Shown here: piece after piece, positions 8,437 to 18,423 of the stretch
Position numbering within the stretch: the stretch's first letter is position 1
How the letters are laid out: each line of letters starts with the position of its first letter
DNA from: an uncultured Acidobacteriota bacterium
Lineage (GTDB): Bacteria > Acidobacteriota > Thermoanaerobaculia > Multivoradales > JAHEKO01
Length of the DNA: 51,894 nt
Reading direction: 5' to 3'
NCBI GenBank assembly: GCA_963713825.1
Contig: CAVQNG010000002.1
Coordinates: 1 to 51,894 of the forward strand
Position numbers and translations under genes: made by a program
Notes under the pieces: generated by a model
Database searches by the model: none
Seen by the model: only the letters and a program-made list of their open reading frames with translations
What the model was told of the DNA's origin: nothing

Positions 8437-9570
8437 ATGAAGGCAACACATGTTGTGAGCATGGCGGTAGTAGTACTAGCGATCTGTTTGACACTGGCGC
8501 CCTGTATCTCCGGGGCCGCGGTTGCAGATCGAATGCCGGACAACGAAGCTTCAGTACCGGCCGAGTGCCTCAATGAGGTGAGAATCTTTGGTCGAGGCTC
8601 GCAGCTCGAAGAGTGTCTAGCCGAGTACCAACCTGAGCCTGAGAGCAATGACGTCCTGGCAGCCTTCAAGGCCGACTTCGAGGACTACACCGCGAAGTCC
8701 GATGCAAAGGCGTTTGCCTTGGCGGAGGATTCATCCGGTACGGCGGCTTGGGGTTACGTCTTCGAGGCGGCCGACATAACCCAGGCGCTAGGTGGCGCCA
8801 TGGAGAACTGCAAGCAGCAAGCTCTCAGATTCGAAGTGCAGGCTGAGTGCCAGATCGTGGCAATAGGCGATGCGCTCGTTGGGGCTAGCGACGACTCTGA
8901 ATCGCCAACCCCAGAATCTATTGCGCAAGAGGGCGTCGTTTACGGGACCCGCTGGATCGAGGGCACTGAATTCCGAGTGGGTGTCAGCGGTGAGACCCAG
9001 GTTTGGCTCTCACCGCAGCCATCGGATCATCAGCTCCTCGTCTATATGGTCAATGGGGCGGATCGGTCCGTGACTTTTGCCCCCCAGAGCATTCGAGTCA
9101 AGGCGTTCAGGAACATGGCTAAAGGAGTTCAAGAGACATCGCTTCAGACCTTCAGCGCCGGACAGTGGGAGAAGAAGGTGCAGACTCGCCAAGCTTGGGC
9201 GGCAGCCCTAGCAGGGGCGGCTGCGGGGATGGCCAATCAGCCCCAGGCACAAAACAGCTCCGTTTATGGCAACTACTCCTCCTATGGCTCGAGCTACAAC
9301 AACGGCTCCTACTACGGCACCATCACTACTTGGCCTTCAGCGCAGGACTATGCGGAAGCGAACGCGAGAACTCAGGCTCAGGTCCGGGCAATGGGCACTC
9401 AGCTCAAGCAGTCGTTCCAGGCCATGGCGAGCACTTTGATGCGGACCCATACCTTCGCGCCTGACAGCTTCTACGGCGGGGTCGTGGTCTACAAGAAGCA
9501 AAAGGCGGACAAGTTCCTCGTGACGATCCCCTTCGCCGGGGTCGACTTCGAGTTCGAATTCGGCAAGTGA
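8437..9570 (+). CDS. Secreted two-domain hypothetical protein (N-terminal DUF4189-like Cys domain)
   Basis: Signal peptide; AWGY...A...AMENC......C pattern; Ser/Tyr/Gly-rich linker; GGAGAGG RBS. Confidence 0.7.
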   Translation: MKATHVVSMAVVVLAICLTLAPCISGAAVADRMPDNEASVPAECLNEVRIFGRGSQLEECLAEYQPEPESNDVLAAFKADFEDYTAKSDAKAFALAEDSSGTAAWGYVFEAADITQALGGAMENCKQQALRFEVQAECQIVAIGDALVGASDDSESPTPESIAQEGVVYGTRWIEGTEFRVGVSGETQVWLSPQPSDHQLLVYMVNGADRSVTFAPQSIRVKAFRNMAKGVQETSLQTFSAGQWEKKVQTRQAWAAALAGAAAGMANQPQAQNSSVYGNYSSYGSSYNNGSYYGTITTWPSAQDYAEANARTQAQVRAMGTQLKQSFQAMASTLMRTHTFAPDSFYGGVVVYKKQKADKFLVTIPFAGVDFEFEFGK

Positions 9571-9620
9571 GCCGGTCCACCCAGATCCGAAACAGGGTTG
9601 CCAACATAGGGAGACACCAG

Positions 9621-10265
9621 ATGATCGTATGGGGGACCAAGCCCGTCACACGCACAGTCGACTCAGGTTCGTTCTTTTGTCCGAACTGCGGCTCCAGTCA
9701 GCACTACGAGCTCAAGTCACTTCGCAAACACGGCCATGTGTATTGGATCCCCTTGATGCCCATGGGAGACAGTCACGAATATGTGGAGTGCCAAGGCTGC
9801 CAGGAAACGTTTCGCCCAGAGGTTCTGACGTACGACCCTGCGGAATCACAGAAGGACTTCAAGTCGGAGTTCGAGTATGCGCTGCGGAGGCTCATGACTC
9901 TCATGATGATGGCTGATGGCAGCGTCGCCGATGAAGAGGTGGCTACGATCATGGGGATCTATGAGGCTGTGTCTGGTCACTCCCTGACCCGGCCCGAGGT
10001 GTTGCAGGAAGTGGTTGCAGCAAGAGAGGCCGGCTTGGAGGCAGTCGAGTACGCACAGTACATCGAGCCCTACCTCAACGATCATGGTAAGGAGTTGGTG
10101 GTCAAGGCACTGCTTTCCACTGCCGCCGCAGACGGCAAGTTCGAGCAATCAGAGTGGGAATCTCTGATCAACGTCGCCATGGCTCTCGGCATGACGTCCT
10201 CGCATGTCAAGGGGATCGTGGCCGAGTTTTCTGAGCCCGGTGACCATCCAGCCCTGAAGAACTAG
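9621..10265 (+). CDS. Zinc-ribbon plus TerB-like domain protein
   Basis: MIVWG..FFCPNC..YWIPL..VECQGC zinc ribbon; ADGSVADEE and ADGKFEQSE TerB motifs; AGGGAG RBS before ATG 9621. Confidence 0.85.
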   Translation: MIVWGTKPVTRTVDSGSFFCPNCGSSQHYELKSLRKHGHVYWIPLMPMGDSHEYVECQGCQETFRPEVLTYDPAESQKDFKSEFEYALRRLMTLMMMADGSVADEEVATIMGIYEAVSGHSLTRPEVLQEVVAAREAGLEAVEYAQYIEPYLNDHGKELVVKALLSTAAADGKFEQSEWESLINVAMALGMTSSHVKGIVAEFSEPGDHPALKN

Positions 10266-10375
10266 GGCTAGTTGGTCTCTTCACAACTGATTCGAGGGGC
10301 CCCGTAGTGCCTCGAGAGCCTTCCTTGGCGAGGCAGCGCGGCCGGCAGGGATTCGGATTCTTGGGCGGGATCAAC

Positions 10376-11971
10376 CTATCCTGTTACCTCGATACGGCAG
10401 ACAGCGTGCTCAGCCCTTTCGATGGCGTCGTGGCGACTGGGCGCTGGTGGGCGGATTGGTGACGCCCTGCCCAACAGGTCTGCGGCAAACTCCGCTTTCA
10501 CGGCCCAGTTGACCGACTGTGGGAGGGAGCCGGTGACGCGCTCGAATGATCCTGTTTCGGCTGTGGCTTTGATGATCCCTACAACCTGCCCTTTGTCATC
10601 GATCAAGGGTCCCCCAGAGTTTCCGGGCTGAATCGGCACTGACATCTGAAGAAACCCAGCATCGTCCTGAATGCCGGAGAGAGCGGAGATTGTTCCGTCC
10701 GTGAACTTGGGTGCCTCACCAAGTATCCCAGTGGCAGGGTAGCCAATGGTAAACACCCAGGAACCGAGTTCGAGGTCGACTGTGTCGCCAAAAGACAAGA
10801 AGTCAGGTGTAGCCGCATTGGTCTTCAGGAGCACCAGATCATGGTCCTCAGATGCCGCCACGAGCTCCCCGCGGACTCGAGACCCATTTGAGAAGTTGAC
10901 CCAAACACTGCCGCCCCCGTCAACCACGTGGTTCGCAGTGACGACCAGACCGTCTTCAGAAACGGAAAAGCAAGTTCCACCACCGAGGACCAAATCTGCT
11001 GTATCTGCGGCAAACGGACGGAGAGCAAAGCTGCAGGGCTCTGAAGCGCAGGTCACCATGTTCACTACCAGGTTGTAGGGTTCCCCTGCCTTTGCCTCGA
11101 AGTAGACCACGGGACTCGCGTCGGTTTCGGTGTCAGTTACCAGATACTCGCCGGCTGCGTTCTTTACTCCGAGGTCCAGGTCGCTGCAGTCTTCATCACA
11201 TCCAGCTAACACGAAGACTCTGAGTGACTTGTCCTTCGAGAAAGGGAACTCCTCCATTTGTTCGCTGTCCAAGGCACCAACCACATGATCGACAAGGGGT
11301 GTCAGTGATCCATCGTAGTCGGCTAACCAGTTTGAAAGCTCGTGCTCGAGAGCGTCGACTTCTGCTACTGCTTGCTGCCGAAATTCCTGGAGCCTCTCGC
11401 TTTCTGGCATGCCTGCGAGCCCGACTATGCCGTAGGCGATATATGCGGCCACAACAGATGCAGCTCCAGTCAAGACTCGACGAGCGGTCACATGGCTGTG
11501 AAGAATCAGCGAATGTCCGGACTCGTCCCAAGTCGAGTGCCCTGCCTTGTTCAGGTGGTTGTAGGCGAGAGCCATCGTGAACACTGAGATAATTGGTATC
11601 CCCAGTCCAACGCCACGTAGCCATACTCGAAAAGCCCGAGTGAGTGCTTCTGAACCACTCAGCGAAAGGCCGTCTCTTTTCTTCACCGTGATGCCAAAGA
11701 TCCACTTCCCAGGCGTCTGGCCCCACTTGCTGATCAGGAAGGCCTCTACAAAGATCCAGAGAAAAGTCCCCAGCAGGTTGGTGAGAAAGCCCTCCAGCTG
11801 CAGGAAGTGCTCGATTTCAGACCCCAGCCAGAGGGCGGCTATGGCCCAAAGGGACGCGCCAAACAACAGATAGTCGATCTGTCTGGCCCAAAACCGTAGC
11901 CAGGGCCTTGGCGACTGTGCTTGCAGCACAGATTCTGGAAACTTGAATCCTTCTCCCAGGCGGGTGTCCAT
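10376..11971 (-). CDS. RDD membrane domain + beta-sandwich + trypsin-like serine protease fusion
   Basis: RPWLRFWARQID...GQTPGKWIFG...R (RDD); CDEDCSDLDL middle domain; triad TANHVV / DLVLL / GNSGGP. Confidence 0.88.
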   Translation of the reverse strand: MDTRLGEGFKFPESVLQAQSPRPWLRFWARQIDYLLFGASLWAIAALWLGSEIEHFLQLEGFLTNLLGTFLWIFVEAFLISKWGQTPGKWIFGITVKKRDGLSLSGSEALTRAFRVWLRGVGLGIPIISVFTMALAYNHLNKAGHSTWDESGHSLILHSHVTARRVLTGAASVVAAYIAYGIVGLAGMPESERLQEFRQQAVAEVDALEHELSNWLADYDGSLTPLVDHVVGALDSEQMEEFPFSKDKSLRVFVLAGCDEDCSDLDLGVKNAAGEYLVTDTETDASPVVYFEAKAGEPYNLVVNMVTCASEPCSFALRPFAADTADLVLGGGTCFSVSEDGLVVTANHVVDGGGSVWVNFSNGSRVRGELVAASEDHDLVLLKTNAATPDFLSFGDTVDLELGSWVFTIGYPATGILGEAPKFTDGTISALSGIQDDAGFLQMSVPIQPGNSGGPLIDDKGQVVGIIKATAETGSFERVTGSLPQSVNWAVKAEFAADLLGRASPIRPPAPSRHDAIERAEHAVCRIEVTG

Positions 11972-11983
11972 AGCGTAGGGAAC

Positions 11984-12586
11984 TTATCCGGAATTGTGGT
12001 TGTGATTGTCCATGTCGACTTTCAGGTGGCTTGCCACATTGGCTAGAGCTGATGCCTCTTTCGCACTGATCCTGTCCTTCTTTCCGATGAAGCCGCCCCC
12101 AGACGCCTTTGCCACTTCGCGACCTACGTCCAAGAGGCCAAGCTTGAATGCCAGAGCCTCCTGTTGGGGCAACTCTGCTTCGAGAATCGAATTCACTTCG
12201 TCCAGGGCCTGCGTCAGGCTTCGTGTGTCTTGAAGGTACTCCCGCCACAATTCATCCGCTTGGCGCAGAACCGCCCCGCAAACCTCGCGGAGCAGGAAGT
12301 CCTCTATGCGACTGGAGCTTTCAATTAGACCCAGGAAGGCTCGCTGCTCGTCTGAATCTACGTTGCCATCGGACTCTGCCACTGCAGAGAAGACCCACAT
12401 CGGCGAATAGAGGAGAGTTTTCCATCTGGAGCCTGAAAACGCCCACTGGCCGACCTGGATCAGTTGGTCGCTCGCCGGTGGCTTGGGCGCGTTACAGCGC
12501 AAACACAGGTAGGACGATTCGGGATTCGCGTTGGCGCAATCCGAGCAGGCCCAGGTTTCCACGATGATCGATCCCATTGGTCTCAC
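11984..12586 (-). CDS. RanBP2-type zinc finger + TerB-like protein (paralog 1)
   Basis: W-x-C-x2-C-x3-N-x6-C-x2-C exact; VAESDGNVDSDE TerB-like motif; start overlaps the upstream stop. Confidence 0.75.
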   Translation of the reverse strand: MRPMGSIIVETWACSDCANANPESSYLCLRCNAPKPPASDQLIQVGQWAFSGSRWKTLLYSPMWVFSAVAESDGNVDSDEQRAFLGLIESSSRIEDFLLREVCGAVLRQADELWREYLQDTRSLTQALDEVNSILEAELPQQEALAFKLGLLDVGREVAKASGGGFIGKKDRISAKEASALANVASHLKVDMDNHNHNSG

Positions 12587-13122
12587 TCGATAGTGTCATC
12601 GTCAGGCCCGAAGATCGCCTCACCGATTGGGGTGAAGGACAGCTTGAAGCCTTGGATCATCGCTAATGCATAAAAGAGAATGTCCATCGGAGAGAAAGTT
12701 GCGGCCATGAGGTTCGCTGAGATCTCGAGATCGAGAACAGAAAGTACCGCTGGAATTGACATGTCCTGCCCCTTGGAGACGAGAGCTACCACCACAAAGA
12801 AATTACCAAGGCCGCAGCCCAGAAGAGCCAGGGAGGCGCCCATGACACCGAATTTGGTGCTTGTCCCATGCCCAAAGTGACGGACTGCAAAGCCGACAAC
12901 GAACCCGACACCGATCGCCATCCAGCCAATCTGAAATCCTGTTGTGGCGGTAATGGCAGCCCATATGAGCGCTGACCCTACTGCGGCTACAATCCCTGCA
13001 AGCAGACCCGCCACGAGATTCTCTTCACTCTTGAAGGCCTCGATCATCTGCTGGAGCTTTTGGGTATCTGGGCTGCCGAAATCGACTTCGGATGTTGCAG
13101 GGCTAACGTCATGCACAGTCAT
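12583..13122 (-). CDS. Membrane protein (4 TM)
   Basis: 179 aa, Gly/Ala-rich TM helices (GFQIGWMAIGVGFVVG; FSPMDILFY). Confidence 0.8.
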   Translation of the reverse strand: MTVHDVSPATSEVDFGSPDTQKLQQMIEAFKSEENLVAGLLAGIVAAVGSALIWAAITATTGFQIGWMAIGVGFVVGFAVRHFGHGTSTKFGVMGASLALLGCGLGNFFVVVALVSKGQDMSIPAVLSVLDLEISANLMAATFSPMDILFYALAMIQGFKLSFTPIGEAIFGPDDDTIE

Positions 13123-13233
13123 CTCTTCGTCCCTTCGCGTTCTGGTGGGTATTAGTAGACACCGGCGTAACTAGCTAGTTCCATTATGGTTATGAGTATT
13201 GAGCTTCTCAATGCAGCTCTCCACTTTGCTGCC

Positions 13234-14382
13234 CTAGCAACATGTTTCACTTGAGGCTTTCGGCGCTAGGTAGCTGATGATGTTGATAGTGCAATCAGGG
13301 CACTCTCCTGCTTGCATCTGGAATTCCGAGTGGCACAAGGGGCAAAAGGAGAGAGCGTCAGGGCCCGATTGCGTTGGTGGTGCGAAGACATCGTCTTCAT
13401 CGAGGCCGAGGTCTCTTGCGAGGCTTAGCAACGCTTTGTAACGGCTCTGGCAGGCGGTCCGCCAGGTAGGGTCTTTGTCTCCCGCATGGATCGCCGTGTG
13501 CAACGAGTAGAGCTCCGCTCTTGCGGCGAGCCTAAATTCCGAGATCTCGAGAGTTGCAGCGACAATCGCCAGGTAGTCGAAGTCGCTGAAGAGATCCTGC
13601 GAGACGAGGATTGTTGATCTGATTGCTGCCGGCGGGGAAACGAGGCTCGCAGCAATGCCCTTGCCAGCAACAGAAAGGCCATGCAGTCGCAGGGTTCTTG
13701 TTGCTCTGAAAGTCTCAGCCAGGGAATACAGCAGCAAGAAGGCGATGAGGAGCAGAGCGCTTCGTGTCCAGGGCAGGCTATTGCCGAAGACAGACAACGG
13801 GAGGAGACAGAATATGGCGAAGAACTGGACTGTGTTGAGTGAACGCAAAGGAAATAGTAGCGACCGCACGAATGAACGACGACTCGAGACCTTTCTCAGG
13901 TCGTAAGCGTGTTTGAGTAGTGTTTCGATCCCGCGGGCCCTCTCTTCGCGTGGGAGCTCCCTTAGAAAAATGAGCAATTCCGAGAATAAGTGGGCTGCTT
14001 GCTTCGATGGCAAGGGAATGTTGAGGTAACGGCCGAACCTGACGGAATTGGCTTCGACGGATGGTTCTTCAAGTTCGCCGTAAGTCCAGAAAGCAAAGTC
14101 CCTTCTGTCGAACTGGCTGCTTGCAGATAACGCTTGCTCCTGTCGGACGAAGACTCCCTCGGGTGTGATGAGTAGCTGGCGCTCGGGTACCCTGAGAACT
14201 TCCTGCCAGGGCAGGATGCCGCCAAGATGTAGACCGTTTCGACAAGCCGTTAATGCCTGCCAAGGCCATTGCTTGACCAGCAGGTGCGACGGTCGTGTCC
14301 AATAGACGCACTCGATGAAGTAGAGGGCTACTACGAACGGCAGGAGTTCGAGTACGGCTCCAATCATGGGTCGGACATGCAA
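13234..14382 (-). CDS. Membrane protein with C-terminal zinc ribbon
   Basis: 382 aa, TM segments, FCPLC...CPDC at the C-terminus; exact start uncertain. Confidence 0.7.
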   Translation of the reverse strand: MHVRPMIGAVLELLPFVVALYFIECVYWTRPSHLLVKQWPWQALTACRNGLHLGGILPWQEVLRVPERQLLITPEGVFVRQEQALSASSQFDRRDFAFWTYGELEEPSVEANSVRFGRYLNIPLPSKQAAHLFSELLIFLRELPREERARGIETLLKHAYDLRKVSSRRSFVRSLLFPLRSLNTVQFFAIFCLLPLSVFGNSLPWTRSALLLIAFLLLYSLAETFRATRTLRLHGLSVAGKGIAASLVSPPAAIRSTILVSQDLFSDFDYLAIVAATLEISEFRLAARAELYSLHTAIHAGDKDPTWRTACQSRYKALLSLARDLGLDEDDVFAPPTQSGPDALSFCPLCHSEFQMQAGECPDCTINIISYLAPKASSETCC

Positions 14383-14438
14383 CCGTTACAGCGGAGATCC
14401 GGATGCTGCGCGAACAGCAGCGCCAATCCGCGCGCCTT

Positions 14439-15332
14439 CTAACCCGGGAATTGATCCGACAATCCTGATGGCTTGCGGCTGAAGAGTCGTTTGATTCCAC
14501 CGAGCAGGGCGAAAACGGCAACCACCACCACCTTCCAGGCCTTGGCCAGGAACTGTCCCAGCTTTGCAAAGAGTCCCAACTTGGCCGCCGCAGCACCCGC
14601 GCCTCCTGCAATGAGCGCTGTCAGTCCGTACTTCGCAATCTGATCGCCGGAAGTGAAGTCGGCATATCTGCTGCCACTGACGTAGGAGAATCCTTGAAGT
14701 GCTGTTTCGACTTCGGGGAGAAGTGTGAAGACCTCTTGTACATCGGCGACCAAGGTGGCTGAGGTGTACCCTTTGCGACCGAGCAATCGAACGTTGTAGT
14801 TACCCGACCGATCGCCTGTCCCTTCTTCTACCCCCTCGATAGCCCACACCAGATTCTTGGTGGCAGAGTCGTATTGAGGCTCCCTTAGCCAGCCGACGAC
14901 GTGTAAGGCTGGGACGCCCATGGCTGCCCTCTGCTTGTTGGCTTCCTCGGTGCCGTTCTTGATGCTGTCGAGAATTGCGGCTGGATCCAGGTTGTCCTTG
15001 TCGTCGTCTTTCACGTATCCGACGTCCGCGAACTCGAAGACGAGAAACCAATTCTCGAATTCAGAAGCGGGAACCAGCATTCCAAGCTCGTTGCCACTTG
15101 GCGGGTTCCCGGCGTCCCTCATGATCTCCTGCGTGAAGCTGGCATCCGCGAATAAGTAGCCTTCTCTGACAGTTAGCTCTGCGAGCCCGTTTCCGAGTTG
15201 AACTCTAGTAGGTCCTGGGACCCATTCGCTCCCAGGTTGTCCACTTACATCCTTGGGAAGGGCCAAGACTAGGATTGCTGCGAGGGTTACGCCAAGAATT
15301 ACAGCATCGGGGCGAGAGATCTCACTTCTCAT
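14439..15332 (-). CDS. DUF2167-family membrane-anchored protein
   Basis: GYVKDDD, VVGWLREPQYD, NYNVRLLGRKG, RYADF..GD.IAKYGLTALIAGG..AAKLGL pattern. Confidence 0.88.
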   Translation of the reverse strand: MRSEISRPDAVILGVTLAAILVLALPKDVSGQPGSEWVPGPTRVQLGNGLAELTVREGYLFADASFTQEIMRDAGNPPSGNELGMLVPASEFENWFLVFEFADVGYVKDDDKDNLDPAAILDSIKNGTEEANKQRAAMGVPALHVVGWLREPQYDSATKNLVWAIEGVEEGTGDRSGNYNVRLLGRKGYTSATLVADVQEVFTLLPEVETALQGFSYVSGSRYADFTSGDQIAKYGLTALIAGGAGAAAAKLGLFAKLGQFLAKAWKVVVVAVFALLGGIKRLFSRKPSGLSDQFPG

Positions 15333-15397
15333 GGAAGTTCACCTTTCTCTGGTAGTGAACTGATCGGTTCTCAATCTGCTAGTGCGGGGACGGAGGC

Positions 15398-16015
15398 CTA
15401 TTGCATATCCTCTGGTGTCACGCCCAGCTTGACTGCAATGAAGGCGAACGCAGTCTGCTCGTCTTTGCTGATCTTGTTGCCCAGACTAAGGACTCCACTA
15501 CCAGAGGCTTGGGCCACCTTGCTGGCCACGAACAGCAGAGACTTCTTGAAGTCCATGGCTTCGGCTGTTTCGAGATTCGAGTCCACGGCACTTTTCACGT
15601 CGTCGAACGCGGCAACGATGTCTCGGCTATCTCTCAGATATCGAGGCCACAGGTCGCTAAAACCCCTAGCAACAGAGCCGAAGACCTCGCGCACACTGGG
15701 GTTCTCGAAGTACTGAGAGTTGCCAAGGATTTCCACGAGAGCGCCAAACTCCTTTTTGTCGGCCTTGCCGTCTGCCTCCGCGACGGCACTGAACACCCAG
15801 AGTGGAGAGAATTGAAGTGTCTCGAAATCGGCAGGGCCAATTTCTCTGGCTCCGACCCGCTGCGCTCCAATTGCGCTTTCAGTGGCCGGGGCTCCGCAGC
15901 CGAGGCACTGCGATTGATCCATAGAGTTGAGATTCCCGCATCGATTGCACCGCCAGGTGGAAACATTGCTCGGGCTCTCGCCCGGCCCATCAAAGCCAAT
16001 CGACTTCGCCGCCAT
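15398..16015 (-). CDS. RanBP2-type zinc finger + TerB-like protein (paralog 2)
   Basis: WRCNRCGNLNSMDQSQCLGC; SPLWVFSAVAEADG shared with 11984-12586. Confidence 0.78.
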   Translation of the reverse strand: MAAKSIGFDGPGESPSNVSTWRCNRCGNLNSMDQSQCLGCGAPATESAIGAQRVGAREIGPADFETLQFSPLWVFSAVAEADGKADKKEFGALVEILGNSQYFENPSVREVFGSVARGFSDLWPRYLRDSRDIVAAFDDVKSAVDSNLETAEAMDFKKSLLFVASKVAQASGSGVLSLGNKISKDEQTAFAFIAVKLGVTPEDMQ

Positions 16016-16290
16016 CAGTGTCCCTCCGCAGGCTCACTAGTGAGCGATAGAGGCCCTGAGTCAGGGCCCATTGATCTTTGAACGCTAACGCTTCCACCCT
16101 ACCGACGTCAGCGAGATCAGTAACGGCCCGATTGGGTGGGAAGCGGCCCACCCGTAGGGGTGGAGAAGCCGAGGCGTCTTTGCTCCCAGAGTTGGGGACT
16201 CCAAAGCGACCGACCACCTAGTGGATGACTGACTCCCTCGATAGGAAGACGCTGAGCCGTCAGGAAGAAAGATCTGGCAAGGGTTCTTTG

Positions 16291-16833
16291 TTACTGAATG
16301 GTTGGGAGGAGAGCGTTAAGCCTTCCTCCTATGGCAACGTACCTCTCGACTCTAGTCTCGTAGGTCTCTAGGTCTTTACCGTATTCACTCACGCTGTAGT
16401 TGAGCTTCCCTTGGCTCTTCAGACAGAGCTTTCGGCTTATCTTTTGAAGATCGGCCACGGTTGAATTGAGAGCCTTGGCGAATTCGTCGAGCGTGGAAAG
16501 GAACATACTGTGTTGTGTCTCAGCTCTGCGAGCCGCCGGGATGAGGGATATCGTGGAGCTCAACTCACTTCCCTGTCTCGAGAGGTTCGTTTCAACTTTG
16601 CAGAACTCTATTTTCTCGAAGATTCCAGGAATCGGGGTTATGTGGCGAGCGTTCGTGTCGAAGATCTGGTTGTGAATGCCGATGTACTTGCTCAATGCCC
16701 CGTTCACTTGTGTCGCCAGCTGGAGTGCTTGACTGGCCTGAGCCTGAGAGGTCACAGTCGCTAGTAGCGTTGCTGCGAGCAGTAACGTGGTGTGTAGAAG
16801 GCTTCGCTTCGGTCCCGGGCCTCTCTCGCTCAT
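16291..16833 (-). CDS. Secreted helical hypothetical protein
   Basis: 180 aa, signal peptide ending QAQA, GGGAG RBS. Confidence 0.65.
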   Translation of the reverse strand: MSERGPGPKRSLLHTTLLLAATLLATVTSQAQASQALQLATQVNGALSKYIGIHNQIFDTNARHITPIPGIFEKIEFCKVETNLSRQGSELSSTISLIPAARRAETQHSMFLSTLDEFAKALNSTVADLQKISRKLCLKSQGKLNYSVSEYGKDLETYETRVERYVAIGGRLNALLPTIQ

Positions 16834-17030
16834 CTCTTGACTCCCTATTGGTGAACTGAGTGAACTGAATCACCGCATCGCGACTCTGTGAGGATCGTAA
16901 GAGATTAGTGTGAAGTCTGTCAGTGACGACCTCAACTCGAAGATGAATTTGCGAAGTAGTCTACTTCTCCGCCACTTCAGCGCAATGGAATTCGTCCATC
17001 TGACAGGCCGTTTGAGACTGACAGTGGAAT

Positions 17031-17108
17031 TGAAGCCGCCCCCAACGCTGGACCAAGGGTTGTGAGAATTCTCGCAGATTCCCGGTCCAACTTTCGGGGG
17101 ATGCCTCA
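17031..17108. mobile_element. 78-bp miniature IS3-like remnant (two terminal inverted repeats only)
   Basis: Left TGAAGCCGCCCCCAACGCTGGACC vs reverse complement of right TGAGGCATCCCCCGAAAGTTGGACC; TG...CA ends; no clear target duplication. Confidence 0.55.
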
Positions 17109-17180
17109 CTAGTCTGTGGAATCGTCCCTTGTGTGCCTGACTAGAGACGCTCAGACTGGGTCCAGCCAGGGGGACCGTCT

Positions 17181-17597
17181 ATGAAACGCTTGAACGTCAT
17201 CTATTTCACTGTCCTTGGCTTGCTAGCGTTCTCGGCCTCTGGCGAAGCAGGATTCAAGTTCTTTGACTCAACTCTTGTCGATGTGGTCGAGGTCGACAAC
17301 GAGGTCGTTGAGGAAGTATGGGAGACGGCATACTCCTACAACAACGGTAAGGGCGCAGCGAAGATTCGCAAGAGCGGTCGATGTAAAGCAGCCAAACTCG
17401 CCCTTGAGCGAGGCTTTGAGTTCATGCAGTACGAAGAACGGGACAACGAGGATTGGGCGGTGAGCGAGGCGACTGCCACGTTCATGAAGCGCGATCGTGG
17501 TGAAGGGTCACTACCTGAAGACGCCAGGATCTACGAACTCTGCAAGTACGTAGTCCTCTGGGAGTGCAAAGGATCTGAGAGGTGGGCCCGTGAGTAG
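17181..17597 (+). CDS. Secreted hypothetical protein
   Basis: 138 aa with signal peptide. Confidence 0.6.
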   Translation: MKRLNVIYFTVLGLLAFSASGEAGFKFFDSTLVDVVEVDNEVVEEVWETAYSYNNGKGAAKIRKSGRCKAAKLALERGFEFMQYEERDNEDWAVSEATATFMKRDRGEGSLPEDARIYELCKYVVLWECKGSERWARE

Positions 17598-17760
17598 ACA
17601 GCCTTGTGCCGGTTTGGGTCCTTTGGTCCCATCTCCGCATTGTCGAGCACAGTGCAGTAGCCACCCGTCTCTTCCCCTGTTGAGTTCGTAACGCCTCCCT
17701 AACCATTTGGGTGTGGTCTCGCAAGGTCAACTAGATAGGGTTTCGGGAAGGGAATTGACT

Positions 17761-18423
17761 ATGACAGTGAAACCATGTCCAGCATGTCATCTGGTCAACC
17801 CACCGGAGGCTCAGGTCTGCGACTGTGGATACCTATTGGTGAACTCCAGCGACAATGGCGAGCCGGTAGCAGAAGAAGAGCGATCGCACGGAGGGGGTGT
17901 TCTATCGGGGCAGGGTGATGGCAGAGACTGGCAAGAGTTCGCAGCTTCGTACATCGGACTGTCGAAGAAGCGACAGTCGGAGATCTGGTCGAATCTATCG
18001 ATAGAAGAAAGGATCAAGTTCTCAGCAGCTTGGGAGGCTTGTGGCTACGCCAATGTGCCCATTTCTCCTGAAGCTGCGGCGAAGTCAAGAGACCAACCGA
18101 AGCGAAGCAGAACCCTACTTCAGGAGCAAAGGCTCATATTCATCCGCAGAACCCTGGTTACCTGGAGCATCGCATACGCTGTCAATTTCGCCGTCTTCTG
18201 GTTCTCCGAAGGCTCCCATATTGACATCATCTTCGTGGTACGCCTCGCATGTAAGGCATTTCTGGTCTGGGCGGCATGGGACTTTGCAACGCACCTTGAC
18301 AGCACAGCAACTGGCAGGAGGGCCTTTTACGCAGCAGTAATGTTCCTTTTCCCATTGCTGGCTTTTGTAGGTTTGCTCTTCTGGTCGCGAAGGGAAATGA
18401 GCCCGACTCTCGCTCGGGCATAG
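17761..18423 (+). CDS. Zinc-ribbon membrane protein
   Basis: CPAC..NP..A..CDCGY N-terminus plus 3 C-terminal TM helices; AAGGGA RBS before ATG 17761. Confidence 0.65.
   Translation: MTVKPCPACHLVNPPEAQVCDCGYLLVNSSDNGEPVAEEERSHGGGVLSGQGDGRDWQEFAASYIGLSKKRQSEIWSNLSIEERIKFSAAWEACGYANVPISPEAAAKSRDQPKRSRTLLQEQRLIFIRRTLVTWSIAYAVNFAVFWFSEGSHIDIIFVVRLACKAFLVWAAWDFATHLDSTATGRRAFYAAVMFLFPLLAFVGLLFWSRREMSPTLARA

Noticed and set aside
16090-16170. Nested inverted repeats (CCACCCTAC/GTAGGGGTGG, GGGTGGG/CCCACCC)
   Set aside because: Single copy with no covariation evidence; cannot tell a terminator or leader from chance.
16990-17030. TGACAG...TGACAGTGG near the mini-IS as another WYL box
   Set aside because: Half-site spacing is not N5 and there is no -10 hexamer at the expected distance.
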